Source of the DNA: a virus
Lineage: Duplodnaviria > Heunggongvirae > Uroviricota > Caudoviricetes
Direction: 5' to 3' (one strand)
IMG/VR virus record: IMGVR_UViG_2713896909_000013
DNA: 36,794 nt
In this document: piece by piece, positions 18,814 to 27,973 of the stretch
Layout: the number at the start of each line of letters is the position of its first letter
How positions within the stretch are numbered: the first letter of the stretch is position 1
The notes under the pieces: model-generated
Seen by the model: only the letters and a program-made list of their open reading frames with translations
Databases searched by the model: none
What the model was told of the DNA's origin: nothing
Made by a program: the position numbers and the translations under genes

Positions 18814-19191
18814 ATGAAAAAGAAATTAATCAGCGGGCTGTTTCTGATGTTATGGATGGCGCTGTTAATCGCAGCAATGGTGTATCCGCAGGGGATCTTT
18901 CCGGTACTGGCAGCGTCCGGCGTTTGGGTAGCCTGTTTGCTGACATGGACGGTAATTCCGGTAGCACTGGCTGCGTTAATTCAGAATGGCCCGCTCTGGC
19001 AGGAGTTAAGGGCATCTTTGCTGAAGACAATTACCCGAAAAGAAAACGTATTTATCTGTTGGGTGATGCGATTGCTGATTGTTGTAAGTCTCGCATGGAC
19101 GGGGTGGGCTATTACCCTGGTCTTTTATCTGCTGACCGTTATTGCCTTCTGGATCACCCGTAATCAGATGGCGCAACAGGTAGCAGCATGA
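18814..19191 (+). CDS. lysA: LysA-like membrane protein (lysis accessory)
   Basis: Multi-TMD hydrophobic protein following the endolysin; start set at the ATG at 18814 with upstream GGAG. Confidence 0.65.
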   Translation: MKKKLISGLFLMLWMALLIAAMVYPQGIFPVLAASGVWVACLLTWTVIPVALAALIQNGPLWQELRASLLKTITRKENVFICWVMRLLIVVSLAWTGWAITLVFYLLTVIAFWITRNQMAQQVAA

Positions 19192-19616
19192 ACCGGTTGC
19201 TGCTGGTTGTGCTGGCGTTATTACTGGCGGCGCTGGGCTGGCAGACGTGGCGGCTGGCTGATGCCAGCCAGACCATCAGCACGCAGGCAAACGAGCTGCA
19301 GAGCAAAAGCCAGGCACTGGCAAAGAGCAACAGCCAGCTTATCAGCCTGTCCATTCTGACTGAAACCAATAACCGGGAGCAGGCGCGGCTCTATGCCGAA
19401 GCAGAACAGACCAGCGCACAGCTGAGACAACGACAACGCCGGATCGAGGAACTGAAACGTGAGAACGAGGATTTACGCCACTGGGCTGATACTCCTTTGC
19501 CTGCTGACATTATCCGGCTGCGGGAACGTCCGGCACTCACCGGAGGTGCAGCTTACCGTCAGTGGTTGTCCGCGAGTGACGCCGTGTCGGCTGGAGCAGG
19601 CAGCACCGCGCACTAA
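19188..19616 (+). CDS. lysB: LysB, Rz-like inner-membrane spanin
   Basis: 142 aa; N-terminal TMD followed by a charged, coiled-coil-like region (ELKRENEDLRHW). Confidence 0.75.
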   Translation: MNRLLLVVLALLLAALGWQTWRLADASQTISTQANELQSKSQALAKSNSQLISLSILTETNNREQARLYAEAEQTSAQLRQRQRRIEELKRENEDLRHWADTPLPADIIRLRERPALTGGAAYRQWLSASDAVSAGAGSTAH

Positions 19617-19749
19617 CGGTGATCTGAATGCGTTGCTGGATGAAACGGAGGCCGCCTGGGCGGTCTGTGCAGACAAAGTGGACATGATTATTGCGTGTCA
19701 GGAGCGAAACAGTGAACAAACCACAATCCCTGCGCCACGCCCTCAATAA
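19459..19749 (+). CDS. lysC: LysC, Rz1-like outer-membrane lipoprotein spanin, read in a different frame overlapping the 3' end of lysB
   Basis: GTG start; lipobox LSGC in the signal peptide; 96 aa as in P2 LysC; overlaps lysB and the start of R. Confidence 0.65.
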   Translation: MRTRIYATGLILLCLLTLSGCGNVRHSPEVQLTVSGCPRVTPCRLEQAAPRTNGDLNALLDETEAAWAVCADKVDMIIACQERNSEQTTIPAPRPQ

Positions 19750-20143
19750 AGCGGTGCCTTATGTCCGCAATAACCCGGACAAACTGCATCTGTTTGTGGA
19801 TAACGGTTCGCTGGTTGCCACGGGGGCCAGCTCCATGTCATGGGAGTACCATTATACCCTCAACGTGGTGATTGAGGATTTCAGCGGCGACCAGAATCTG
19901 CTGATGGCCCCGGTTTTGCTGTGGCTGAGGGATAACCAGCCCGATGCCATCAATAACCCGGCGTTACGGGAAAAGCTATTCACCTTTGAGGTGGATATTC
20001 TGCGCAACGATGTCTGTGATATCAGCCTGAACCTGCAACTGACGGAACGTGTGCTGGTCAGCACTGACGGCAGTGTGTCGAGCGTTGAAGCTATAGCGGA
20101 ACCTGATGCACCTGAAGAAATGTGGACGGTGAAACGTGGCTGA
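19691..20143 (+). CDS. R: tail completion protein, P2 gpR-like
   Basis: 150 aa; NPDKLHLFVDNGS...YTLNVVIEDFSGD...LTERVLVS resembles P2 R. Confidence 0.8.
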   Translation: MRVRSETVNKPQSLRHALNKAVPYVRNNPDKLHLFVDNGSLVATGASSMSWEYHYTLNVVIEDFSGDQNLLMAPVLLWLRDNQPDAINNPALREKLFTFEVDILRNDVCDISLNLQLTERVLVSTDGSVSSVEAIAEPDAPEEMWTVKRG

Positions 20144-20582
20144 ACTGCAGAAGGTGGACGACTGGCTGAGTGCCTTGCTGGCGAATCTGGAACCAGCCTC
20201 GAGAAGCCGCATGATGCGCCAGCTGGCGCAGGAACTTCGCCGGACACAGCAGCAGAATATCAGGATGCAGCGCAACCCTGACGGCAGCAGCTATGAACCG
20301 CGACGGGTAACAGCACGCAGTAAAAAAGGCCGTATCAAACGTCAGATGTTTGCAAAGCTGCGCACCACAAAATACCTGAAAACTGCCGCCAGCACCGACT
20401 CTGCCAGCGTGCAGTTTGAAGGCAAGGTGCAGCGCATTGCCCGCGTTCACCATTACGGCCTGCGAGATCGCGTCAGTCGTAAGGGACCGGAGGTGCGTTA
20501 CGCAGAGCGTCGCCTTCTGGGTGTAAATGATGATGTTGAGGCAATGACCCGCGACATGATTCTGCAATGGCTGGCGGGGTGA
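20136..20582 (+). CDS. S: tail completion protein, P2 gpS-like
   Basis: 148 aa, GTG start overlapping the R stop; position as P2 S. Confidence 0.8.
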   Translation: MAELQKVDDWLSALLANLEPASRSRMMRQLAQELRRTQQQNIRMQRNPDGSSYEPRRVTARSKKGRIKRQMFAKLRTTKYLKTAASTDSASVQFEGKVQRIARVHHYGLRDRVSRKGPEVRYAERRLLGVNDDVEAMTRDMILQWLAG

Positions 20583-20586
20583 TCTT

Positions 20587-20604
20587 TGTATCAGCACTGA
20601 TACA
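20587..20604. promoter_or_regulatory. candidate Ogr-dependent late promoter element upstream of V (perfect 18-bp palindrome)
   Basis: TGTATCAGCACTGATACA, a perfect TGT-N12-ACA dyad, about 50-65 bp upstream of the V start codon. Confidence 0.55.
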
Positions 20605-20650
20605 AGTTGCAGCACTGCCGCCTTTCTTCCCCTGATGGCAACCTTTCCCT

Positions 20651-21229
20651 ATGAACGCACAATTAACCGAAATCATGCGCCTTATCACTAACCTGATCCG
20701 CACAGGGGTAGTCACCGAAGTGGACAGGGAAAACTGGCTTTGCCGGGTGAAAACGGGCGAGCTTGAAACCAACTGGATCAGCTGGCTGACGCTGCGTGCC
20801 GGGAATGCCCGTACATGGTGGCGACCATCGGAAGGTGAGCAGGTGGTGCTGCTGAGTCTGGGCGGCAATCTGGAAACCGCCTTTGCGCTGCCCGCTGTCT
20901 ATTCGAATCAGTTCGCACCACCGTCGACGTCGGCGGATGCCTGCGTGACAGAACATCCTGACGGTGGCTGGTTTGAATACGAACCCGCCACCGGGCGCTG
21001 GTATGTCAGGGGCATCAAATCAATGGTCATTGAGGCTGCTGACAACATCACCATGAAAACCAGTGAGTTTGTACTGGAGGCTGACCGCACGCGCATTAAC
21101 AGCGAAGTGGTGATCAATGGTGGCGTTACCCAGGGCGGCGGAGCGATGAGTTCTAACGGGATCGTGGTTGATGCGCATCAGCATACTGGCGTCCTGAAAG
21201 GCGGCGACACAACCGGAGGCCCGGTATGA
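20651..21229 (+). CDS. V: baseplate spike/assembly protein, P2 gpV-like
   Basis: 192 aa, first gene of the baseplate operon. Confidence 0.85.
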   Translation: MNAQLTEIMRLITNLIRTGVVTEVDRENWLCRVKTGELETNWISWLTLRAGNARTWWRPSEGEQVVLLSLGGNLETAFALPAVYSNQFAPPSTSADACVTEHPDGGWFEYEPATGRWYVRGIKSMVIEAADNITMKTSEFVLEADRTRINSEVVINGGVTQGGGAMSSNGIVVDAHQHTGVLKGGDTTGGPV

Positions 21230-21585
21230 CGCTTTATAGCGGGATGAACAATACCAGCGGCAAAGTCATTACTGATATTGATCATCTGCGCCAGTCGGTG
21301 CGGGACATTCTGCTGACACCGCAGGGTAGCCGTATTGCCCGCCGGGAATATGGTTCCCTGCTGTCTGCACTGATAGATCAGCCACAAAATCCGGCATTAC
21401 GCCTGCAGGTCATGTCGGCTGTGTATGTTGCACTGAGTCGCTGGGAGCCACGGCTGACGCTGGATTCCATCACTATTAACAGCAATTTTGACGGTTCAAT
21501 GGTGGTGGAGCTGACCGGACGGCGGAATAACGGTGTGCCTGTGTCCCTTTCAGTATCAACAGGAGCAGAGAATGGCAGTGATTGA
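21226..21585 (+). CDS. W: baseplate wedge protein, P2 gpW-like
   Basis: 119 aa, position after V. Confidence 0.85.
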   Translation: MTLYSGMNNTSGKVITDIDHLRQSVRDILLTPQGSRIARREYGSLLSALIDQPQNPALRLQVMSAVYVALSRWEPRLTLDSITINSNFDGSMVVELTGRRNNGVPVSLSVSTGAENGSD

Positions 21586-22480
21586 CCTTTCGCAGTTGCC
21601 TGCACCGCAGATTGTGGATGTGCCGGACTTTGAGACGCTGCTTGCCGAACGCAAGGCAGAATTTGTGGCGCTTCATCCGAAAGATGAGCAGGAAGCAGTG
21701 ATCCGCACGCTGGAACTGGAATCTGAACCCGTCACCAAATTGTTGCAGGAGAACGCTTACCGTGAGTTGCTTCTGCGCCAGCGCATTAATGAAGCCGCGC
21801 AGGCGGTAATGGTGGCTTACGCGATGGGCGGCGATCTTGACCAGATCGCTGCCAACTACAACGTGAAACGCCTGACGGTGACGCCTGCTGATAATGACGC
21901 TGTGCCGCCCGTGGCAGCAGTGATGGAAAGCGATGAAGCGTTACGCCTGCGTGTGCCTGCAGCCTTTGAGGGGCTTTCAGTTGCGGGGCCAACTGCAGCT
22001 TATGAATTTCATGCCCGAAGCGCCGACGGTCGGGTGGCGGATGCCAGTGCAACCAGCCCGGCACCTGCAGAGGTGGTGCTGACTGTCCTTAGCCGCGAAG
22101 GCGATGGAACTGCAGAAAAAGACCTGCTGGACGTGGTGGAAAAAGCTCTGAACAGTGAGAACGTCCGCCCGGTGGCTGACCGTCTGACGGTTCGCAGCGC
22201 AGAAATCATCCCGTATCGCGTGGAAGCCACCATTTTTCTCTATCCGGGACCGGAAGCAGAGCCGGTAATGGCAGCGGCAAAAGCCAGCCTGCAGAAGTAC
22301 ATCGCCAGTCAGACGCGTCTTGGTCGGGATATTCGCCGTAGCGCCATCTTTGCCGCCCTGCATGTTGAGGGTGTGCAGCGTGTGGAGCTGGCTTCTCCTC
22401 TGGCGGATGTGGTCCTGAACAAAACACAGGCGGCATCATGTACGCAGTGGAGCGTAACCAACGGAGGAACGGATGAATAG
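21572..22480 (+). CDS. J: baseplate protein, P2 gpJ-like
   Basis: 302 aa from the ATG at 21572 (RBS AGGAG), the same length as P2 J. Confidence 0.85.
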   Translation: MAVIDLSQLPAPQIVDVPDFETLLAERKAEFVALHPKDEQEAVIRTLELESEPVTKLLQENAYRELLLRQRINEAAQAVMVAYAMGGDLDQIAANYNVKRLTVTPADNDAVPPVAAVMESDEALRLRVPAAFEGLSVAGPTAAYEFHARSADGRVADASATSPAPAEVVLTVLSREGDGTAEKDLLDVVEKALNSENVRPVADRLTVRSAEIIPYRVEATIFLYPGPEAEPVMAAAKASLQKYIASQTRLGRDIRRSAIFAALHVEGVQRVELASPLADVVLNKTQAASCTQWSVTNGGTDE

Positions 22481-23078
22481 TCTGCTGCCACCGGGTTCAA
22501 CTTCACTGGAGCGCCGACTGGCGCAAACCTGTAGCGGGATTTCTGATCTGCAGGTGCCGCTGCGTGACTTGTGGAGTCCGGCTACCTGTCCGGTCAGCTT
22601 CCTGCCTTATCTCGCCTGGGCGTTCTCTGTGGATCGCTGGGACGAGGGCTGGACAGAAAGCGTCAAACGCCAGGTAGTGAAGGATGCTTTTTATATTCAT
22701 CAGCATAAAGGAACCACCAGTGCCGTGCGGCGGGTGGTGGAACCGTTCGGATTCCTGATCCGCATTATTGAGTGGTGGCAGACCGGAGAAACACCGGGCA
22801 CGTTTCGCCTGGATATCGGCGTGCAGGACCAGGGCATCACTGAAGATACCTATCTGGAACTTGAGCGGCTGATAAGCGATGCCAAACCATGTAGCCGTCA
22901 CATGATCGGCATGTCCATCAATCTGCAGACCAGCGGTCCGCATTGGGTGGGGGCCGCCAGCTATCTTGGCGAAGAAATCACGATCTATCCGTATATCAAC
23001 GAAACAATTATTTCTGGCGGCACCGCGCATGAAGGCGGGGCGGTCCATGTTATTGACACAATGAGAGTGAATCCATGA
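22473..23078 (+). CDS. I: baseplate protein, P2 gpI-like
   Basis: 201 aa, position between J and the tail fibre gene. Confidence 0.8.
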   Translation: MNSLLPPGSTSLERRLAQTCSGISDLQVPLRDLWSPATCPVSFLPYLAWAFSVDRWDEGWTESVKRQVVKDAFYIHQHKGTTSAVRRVVEPFGFLIRIIEWWQTGETPGTFRLDIGVQDQGITEDTYLELERLISDAKPCSRHMIGMSINLQTSGPHWVGAASYLGEEITIYPYINETIISGGTAHEGGAVHVIDTMRVNP

Positions 23079-24604
23079 GCACAAAATTTTATACCCTGCT
23101 GACGGATATTGGCGCGGCGAAACTTGCCAGCGCCGCCGCGCTCGGTGTGCCGCTAAAAATTACCCATATGGCGGTCGGCGATGGCGGCGGAGTATTGCCA
23201 ACGCCAGACTCAAAGCAGACTGCACTGGTAAATGAGAAACGCCGGGCTGCGCTGAATATGCTCTATATCGACCCGCAGAACAGCAGCCAGATTATTGCCG
23301 AACAGGTGATCCCTGAAAACGAGGGCGGTTGGTGGATACGTGAAGTGGGCTTGTTTGATGAGTCCGGGGCATTGATTGCCGTGGGCAACTGCCCGGAAAG
23401 CTATAAGCCGCAACTGGCTGAAGGTAGCGGGCGCACTCAGACCGTGCGCATGGTGCTGATTACCAGCAGCACGGACAATATCACCCTGAAAATCGACCCT
23501 GCCGTAGTGCTGGCAACCCGCAAGTATGTGGATGACAAGGCACTGGAGCTGAAGGTGTACGCGGATGATCAGATGGCAAAACATCTTGCCGCACCGGACC
23601 CGCATTCACAGTATGCACCCAAAGAAAGTCCGACGTTTACCGGGACACCCAAAGCGCCAACGCCAGCCGCAGGGAATAATACCACGCAGATTGCGACCAC
23701 CGCGTTTGTTCAGGCGGCTCTGACGGCTCTTATTAATGGTGCGCCAGCCACGCTGGACACGCTGAAAGAAATAGCCGCAGCCATTAACAATGATCCGAAA
23801 TTCAGTACCACCATTAACAATGCGCTGGCACTGAAAGCGCCGCTGTCGAGTCCGGCACTCACCGGAACGCCAACCGCACCTACTGCGGCACAGTCGGTCA
23901 ACAATACACAGATTGCCACCACGGCATTTGTGAAATCGGCGATTGCGGCAATGGTGGGTTCTGCACCTGCGGCACTGGATACACTGAACGAACTGGCGGC
24001 AGCGCTGGGGAATGACCCGAACTTTGCCACGACAATGCTTAATGCGCTGGCAGGTAAACAACCGCTGGACAATACGCTGACTAATTTGAGTGGAAAGGAT
24101 GTAGCTGGTCTTCTCACATACCTTGGTTTGGGAGAAGGTTCAGCATTACCTGTTGGTGCGCCTGTTCCGTGGCCTTCAGAGACACCTCCAACAGGCTGGC
24201 TGAAATGCAACGGGGCGGCTTTTTCTGCTGAAGAATACCCGGAACTGGCAAAGGCTTACCCGACAAATAAATTGCCTGATTTACGAGGTGAATTTATTCG
24301 TGGCTGGGATGATGGGCGCGGTATTGATACAGGACGTGCTTTATTGAGCCTTCAGGCTGGGATGCTGGAAAAGCACCGTCATATTGTTGTTGCCAATGAT
24401 GGTTACGACACAAAAGATGAATGGGAACTGGCTACGATTTTCAAAAAGACATACACACAAGGACGGGGACTTGATGCCACAAATACAGGAGGGAGTCTGA
24501 TCCCATCACCGACACTTCATTCACGAGGGAGTATCGGTAATACTGGCGGGAGTGAAACCCGTCCACGAAATATTGCATTTAACTTTATCGTGAGGGCTGC
24601 ATAA
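23075..24604 (+). CDS. H: tail fibre protein H (constant N-terminal part plus current-orientation variable C-terminus)
   Basis: 509 aa; conserved P2 H-like N-terminus; Ala/Thr-rich repeats (NNTQIATTAFV occurs twice); the C-terminal third lies inside the invertible segment. Confidence 0.85.
   Translation: MSTKFYTLLTDIGAAKLASAAALGVPLKITHMAVGDGGGVLPTPDSKQTALVNEKRRAALNMLYIDPQNSSQIIAEQVIPENEGGWWIREVGLFDESGALIAVGNCPESYKPQLAEGSGRTQTVRMVLITSSTDNITLKIDPAVVLATRKYVDDKALELKVYADDQMAKHLAAPDPHSQYAPKESPTFTGTPKAPTPAAGNNTTQIATTAFVQAALTALINGAPATLDTLKEIAAAINNDPKFSTTINNALALKAPLSSPALTGTPTAPTAAQSVNNTQIATTAFVKSAIAAMVGSAPAALDTLNELAAALGNDPNFATTMLNALAGKQPLDNTLTNLSGKDVAGLLTYLGLGEGSALPVGAPVPWPSETPPTGWLKCNGAAFSAEEYPELAKAYPTNKLPDLRGEFIRGWDDGRGIDTGRALLSLQAGMLEKHRHIVVANDGYDTKDEWELATIFKKTYTQGRGLDATNTGGSLIPSPTLHSRGSIGNTGGSETRPRNIAFNFIVRAA
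24111..24136. repeat. hix/gix-like recombination site (left crossover site) inside the tail fibre gene
   Basis: 26-bp imperfect dyad TTCTCACATACCTTGGTTTGGGAGAA; its 15-bp core TTGGTTTGGGAGAAG (24123..24137) recurs inverted at 26001..26015. Confidence 0.6.
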
Positions 24605-25206
24605 TGGATAACGCCGTATTAAATAGCGAGCTTATTGCCACGAAGGCGGGGAATATTACCGTCTATAACTATGATGGTGAAACTCGGGAATATATTTCCA
24701 CTTCAAATGAATATCTTGCCATTGGTGTCGGTATCCCTGCATATTCCTGTTTAGATGCCCCTGGCACACATAAGGCGGGTTATGCTATCTGCCGTTCGAT
24801 GGATTTAAATTCATGGGAATATGTGCCAGATCATCGCGGTGAAATCGTCTATAGCACCGAAACAGGAGAATCGAAAGAAATCACAGCTCCGGGTGATTAT
24901 CCTGAAAATACAACCACTATCGCCCCGTTAACGCCATACGATAAATGGAATGGTGAGAAATGGGTGACAGATACCGAGGCACTGCACGGCGCAGCAGTAG
25001 ATGCAGCAGAAGCACTGCGCCAGTCGCTGATTGATACTGCAATGGCCTCCATCAGTCTGATTCAACTGAAATTACAGGCCGGACGGAAGCTGACGCAGGC
25101 AGAAACAACCCGCCTTAACGCTGTGCTGGATTACATTGACGCGGTGACGGCAACAGATACCAGCACAGCGCCGGATGTCATCTGGCCTGAACTGCCGGAG
25201 GCGTAG
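24604..25206 (+). CDS. G: tail fibre assembly chaperone, P2 gpG-like
   Basis: 200 aa immediately after H; its C-terminus (DVIWPELPEA) is shared in type with the inverted copy. Confidence 0.8.
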   Translation: MDNAVLNSELIATKAGNITVYNYDGETREYISTSNEYLAIGVGIPAYSCLDAPGTHKAGYAICRSMDLNSWEYVPDHRGEIVYSTETGESKEITAPGDYPENTTTIAPLTPYDKWNGEKWVTDTEALHGAAVDAAEALRQSLIDTAMASISLIQLKLQAGRKLTQAETTRLNAVLDYIDAVTATDTSTAPDVIWPELPEA

Positions 25207-25621
25207 GCCATTCAATATCTGGCGCACCGGAAGTATCGATCAGCTCCAGTGCGTCCAGATAATCCAGCCACAAATTATATTGCGCCAGTTCATCACCTTT
25301 CAGACGACCAATAGCGGCTTTACCGGGCCATTGCTTACTGTTCATGTATTCGTTGGCCTGGTTAATTAGTAGCTGTCTTTCTGATTCAGTAATTTCAATA
25401 AGCTCTTCATGAGTAGGTGGAGGAATATCTGCCCACGTAGGTAGTCCATCCTCTCCGGCAATACGGACTTTTCCTTGTGGCGGTTCAGCCATAAACTCAC
25501 TGACAATATTTTGATTCACCTCCTTAGCATCTGATAAATCCCATCCTACTGATTTATATTTATCAATCATATCCACAGGGAAAAAAGCATTATGCCTGGC
25601 ACTATAAACATATTCGTTCAT
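25178..25621 (-). CDS. alternative tail fibre assembly chaperone (G', inverted orientation)
   Basis: Minus-strand ORF convergent with and overlapping G; C-terminus DIEWPTPPAVQAR resembles the G C-terminus; RBS AGGGTGA before the ATG at 25621. Confidence 0.7.
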   Translation of the reverse strand: MNEYVYSARHNAFFPVDMIDKYKSVGWDLSDAKEVNQNIVSEFMAEPPQGKVRIAGEDGLPTWADIPPPTHEELIEITESERQLLINQANEYMNSKQWPGKAAIGRLKGDELAQYNLWLDYLDALELIDTSGAPDIEWPTPPAVQAR

Positions 25622-25641
25622 ATAAATCACCCTGAATAAAA

Positions 25642-26016
25642 TTACTCACCAACAGCCCACCAACTGTAATGCATAGATACCGTGTCGCTGGTTGATGACG
25701 TTCTGTAAGCAGAATTAAAGCCGGTTAACGTAGGGCCTTCTGCAGTCATCACGAACCCTCGCCCAGCGCCTAAAGGCGCACCGCCATCACCAGAATGGGT
25801 AAGAATGGCGCAGTCCGCTTTTTTAGGGAAAGGGATAGGAAATGTAATCCTCATTGTTTGCGTCGATAATTTCGGCATAGCCTCACCTCGACCATATTGC
25901 AGAATTTTACCGTTGGGTAATTTCATCCATCCATCACCACTGGCAAAAGAAGCCATGTCCGGTATCTGATTTTCCCCTGTTCCCACACCCCGTTTCGCTG
26001 CTTCTCCCAAACCAAC
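25642..26016 (-). CDS. alternative tail fibre C-terminal segment (H', expressed only after inversion)
   Basis: Minus-strand reading frame running from the right inverted repeat to a stop just upstream of G'; has no promoter or RBS of its own in this orientation. Confidence 0.6.
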   Translation of the reverse strand, partial: VGLGEAAKRGVGTGENQIPDMASFASGDGWMKLPNGKILQYGRGEAMPKLSTQTMRITFPIPFPKKADCAILTHSGDGGAPLGAGRGFVMTAEGPTLTGFNSAYRTSSTSDTVSMHYSWWAVGE

Positions 26017-26027
26017 GTTTATGAAAA
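25991..26027. repeat. hix/gix-like recombination site (right crossover site)
   Basis: Contains CTTCTCCCAAACCAA (26001..26015), the inverted copy of the core in the H gene; lies just upstream of the invertase gene. Confidence 0.55.
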
Positions 26028-26082
26028 TGCAGAGATAATGGCTAACTGGCATCATCCCCGGTTTTTATTCAGGGGATTGATC

Positions 26083-26649
26083 ATGCTTATTGGCTATGTA
26101 CGCGTGTCAACAAATGACCAGAACACCGATTTGCAACGTAATGCACTGAACTGCGCGGGATGTGAGCGGATTTTTGAGGACAAAATCAGTGGTACTAAGT
26201 CCGACAGACCGGGGCTTAAAAAACTGCTCAGGACACTATCGGCAGGTGACACACTGGTTGTCTGGAAGCTGGACAGGTTGGGGCGCAGTATGCGGCATCT
26301 TGTTACTCTGATAGAAGAGTTGCGCCAGCGCGGCGTGAATTTCAGAAGTCTGACTGACAGTATTGATACCAGTACCCCAATGGGCCGTTTCTTTTTTCAT
26401 GTCATGGGTGCCCTGGCTGAAATGGAACGCGAACTGATAGTTGAACGTACCAGGGCAGGGCTGGCTGCAGCTCGTGCTAAAGGCAGAGTAGGTGGACGCC
26501 GTCCTAAGTTGACTACCGAACAGTGGGCACAGATTGGACGTTTACTCGAGGCCGGAGAATCAAGACAGCGTATTGCACTGATTTTTGATGTGGGCGTTTC
26601 TACCATTTATAGAAAATTTCCGGCGAATGAGAACAATGAATCGCCCTGA
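26083..26649 (+). CDS. serine DNA invertase (Hin/Gin/Pin/Cin family)
   Basis: N-terminus MLIGYVRVSTNDQNTDLQ carries the catalytic serine motif of resolvase/invertase enzymes; about 188 aa with a C-terminal HTH; RBS AGGGGA. Confidence 0.9.
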   Translation: MLIGYVRVSTNDQNTDLQRNALNCAGCERIFEDKISGTKSDRPGLKKLLRTLSAGDTLVVWKLDRLGRSMRHLVTLIEELRQRGVNFRSLTDSIDTSTPMGRFFFHVMGALAEMERELIVERTRAGLAAARAKGRVGGRRPKLTTEQWAQIGRLLEAGESRQRIALIFDVGVSTIYRKFPANENNESP

Positions 26650-26697
26650 GTCAGCATTATTTTGATTTTTCCTGTAAGCGGACAAATACCGTTATTT

Positions 26698-26715
26698 TGT
26701 GTGAATAACGACACA
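26698..26715. promoter_or_regulatory. candidate Ogr-dependent late promoter element upstream of FI
   Basis: TGTGTGAATAACGACACA (TGT-N12-ACA within the near-palindrome TTGTGT...ACACAA), about 80-95 bp upstream of the FI start codon. Confidence 0.5.
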
Positions 26716-26791
26716 ACTGCGCTTAGCTGTTTGTCAGGCACAATCACTTCAACATAGGGCGAAGCCTAATCCAATCAGGAGGTTCGCCACT

Positions 26792-27964
26792 ATGGCTCAG
26801 GATTACCACCACGGAGTGCGCGTTGTTGAAGTCAACGAAGGCACCCGATCCATTACCACGGTGAGCACCGCCATCGTGGGTATGGTCTGCACGGGCGATG
26901 ATGCCGATGCAAAAATGTTTCCTCTTAATAAACCCGTGCTGATCACTGATGTGCTGACTGCCAGCGGTAAAGCGGGTGAGTCCGGTACGCTGGCCCGTTC
27001 GCTGGACGCCATCGCTGACCAGGCAAAACCCGTGACCGTTGTTGTGCGTGTGCCGCAGGGTGAAACGGAAGAAGAAACCACGACCAATATCATCGGAGCA
27101 GTGACCGCTGAAGGTAAAAAAACAGGCATGAAAGCCCTGTTATCTGCCCAGTCACAGCTCGGCGTTAAACCGCGCATTCTCGGCGTGCCAGGCCACGACA
27201 CCAAGGCGGTAGCTACTGAGTTGCTGAGCGTGGCGCAAAGCCTGCGTGGATTTGCTTACCTGTCAGCGTATGGCTGCAAGACGGTACAGGAGGCGATCAC
27301 TTACCGTGAAAACTTCAGCCAGCGCGAAGGGATGCTGATCTGGCCTGACTTTACTGGCTGGGACACGGTGCTGAATGCCGAAGCAACGGCATATGCCACC
27401 GCCCGTGCGCTTGGTCTGCGCGCCAAAATTGACGAGCAGACCGGATGGCACAAAAGCCTGTCCAACGTGGGCGTGAACGGTGTCACCGGAATTTCTGCTG
27501 ATGTGTTCTGGGATCTGCAGGACCCGGCAACCGATGCAGGTCTGCTGAACCAGAACGACGTCACCACGCTTGTGCGTAAAGACGGTTTCCGCTTCTGGGG
27601 TTCCCGCTGCCTGAGTGATGACCCGCTCTTTGCCTTCGAAAACTACACCCGCACGGCGCAGGTGCTGATGGACACGATGGCAGAAGCACACATGTGGGCG
27701 GTGGATAAACCGCTTAACCCGTCGCTGGCCCGCGACATTATCGAGGGTATCCGCGCCAAAATGCGCAGCCTGGTCAGTCAGGGCTATCTCATTGGTGGTG
27801 ATTGCTGGCTGGATGAGTCGGTGAACGACAAAGACACGCTGAAAGCCGGAAAACTCACCATCGACTACGACTACACGCCAGTGCCGCCACTTGAAAACCT
27901 GATGCTGCGTCAGCGCATCACCGATCAGTACCTGGTGAATTTCTCTAGCCAGGTCAGCGCGTAA
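26792..27964 (+). CDS. FI: contractile tail sheath protein, P2 gpFI-like
   Basis: 390 aa; RBS AGGAGG; position and size match P2 FI. Confidence 0.9.
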   Translation: MAQDYHHGVRVVEVNEGTRSITTVSTAIVGMVCTGDDADAKMFPLNKPVLITDVLTASGKAGESGTLARSLDAIADQAKPVTVVVRVPQGETEEETTTNIIGAVTAEGKKTGMKALLSAQSQLGVKPRILGVPGHDTKAVATELLSVAQSLRGFAYLSAYGCKTVQEAITYRENFSQREGMLIWPDFTGWDTVLNAEATAYATARALGLRAKIDEQTGWHKSLSNVGVNGVTGISADVFWDLQDPATDAGLLNQNDVTTLVRKDGFRFWGSRCLSDDPLFAFENYTRTAQVLMDTMAEAHMWAVDKPLNPSLARDIIEGIRAKMRSLVSQGYLIGGDCWLDESVNDKDTLKAGKLTIDYDYTPVPPLENLMLRQRITDQYLVNFSSQVSA

Positions 27965-27973
27965 GGGGACAAC

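Larger units (their letters stand above)
24111..26027. mobile_element. invertible tail-fibre host-range segment (G/Min/Pin-type)
   Basis: Bounded by 15-bp inverted repeats; contains the H C-terminus plus G on the plus strand and an alternative fibre C-terminus plus an alternative assembly gene on the minus strand; adjacent serine invertase gene. Confidence 0.7.

Noticed and set aside
23606-24210. Minus-strand ORFs (151 and 166 aa) inside tail fibre gene H
   Set aside because: Antisense frames through the repetitive Ala/Thr-rich fibre sequence; no independent support.
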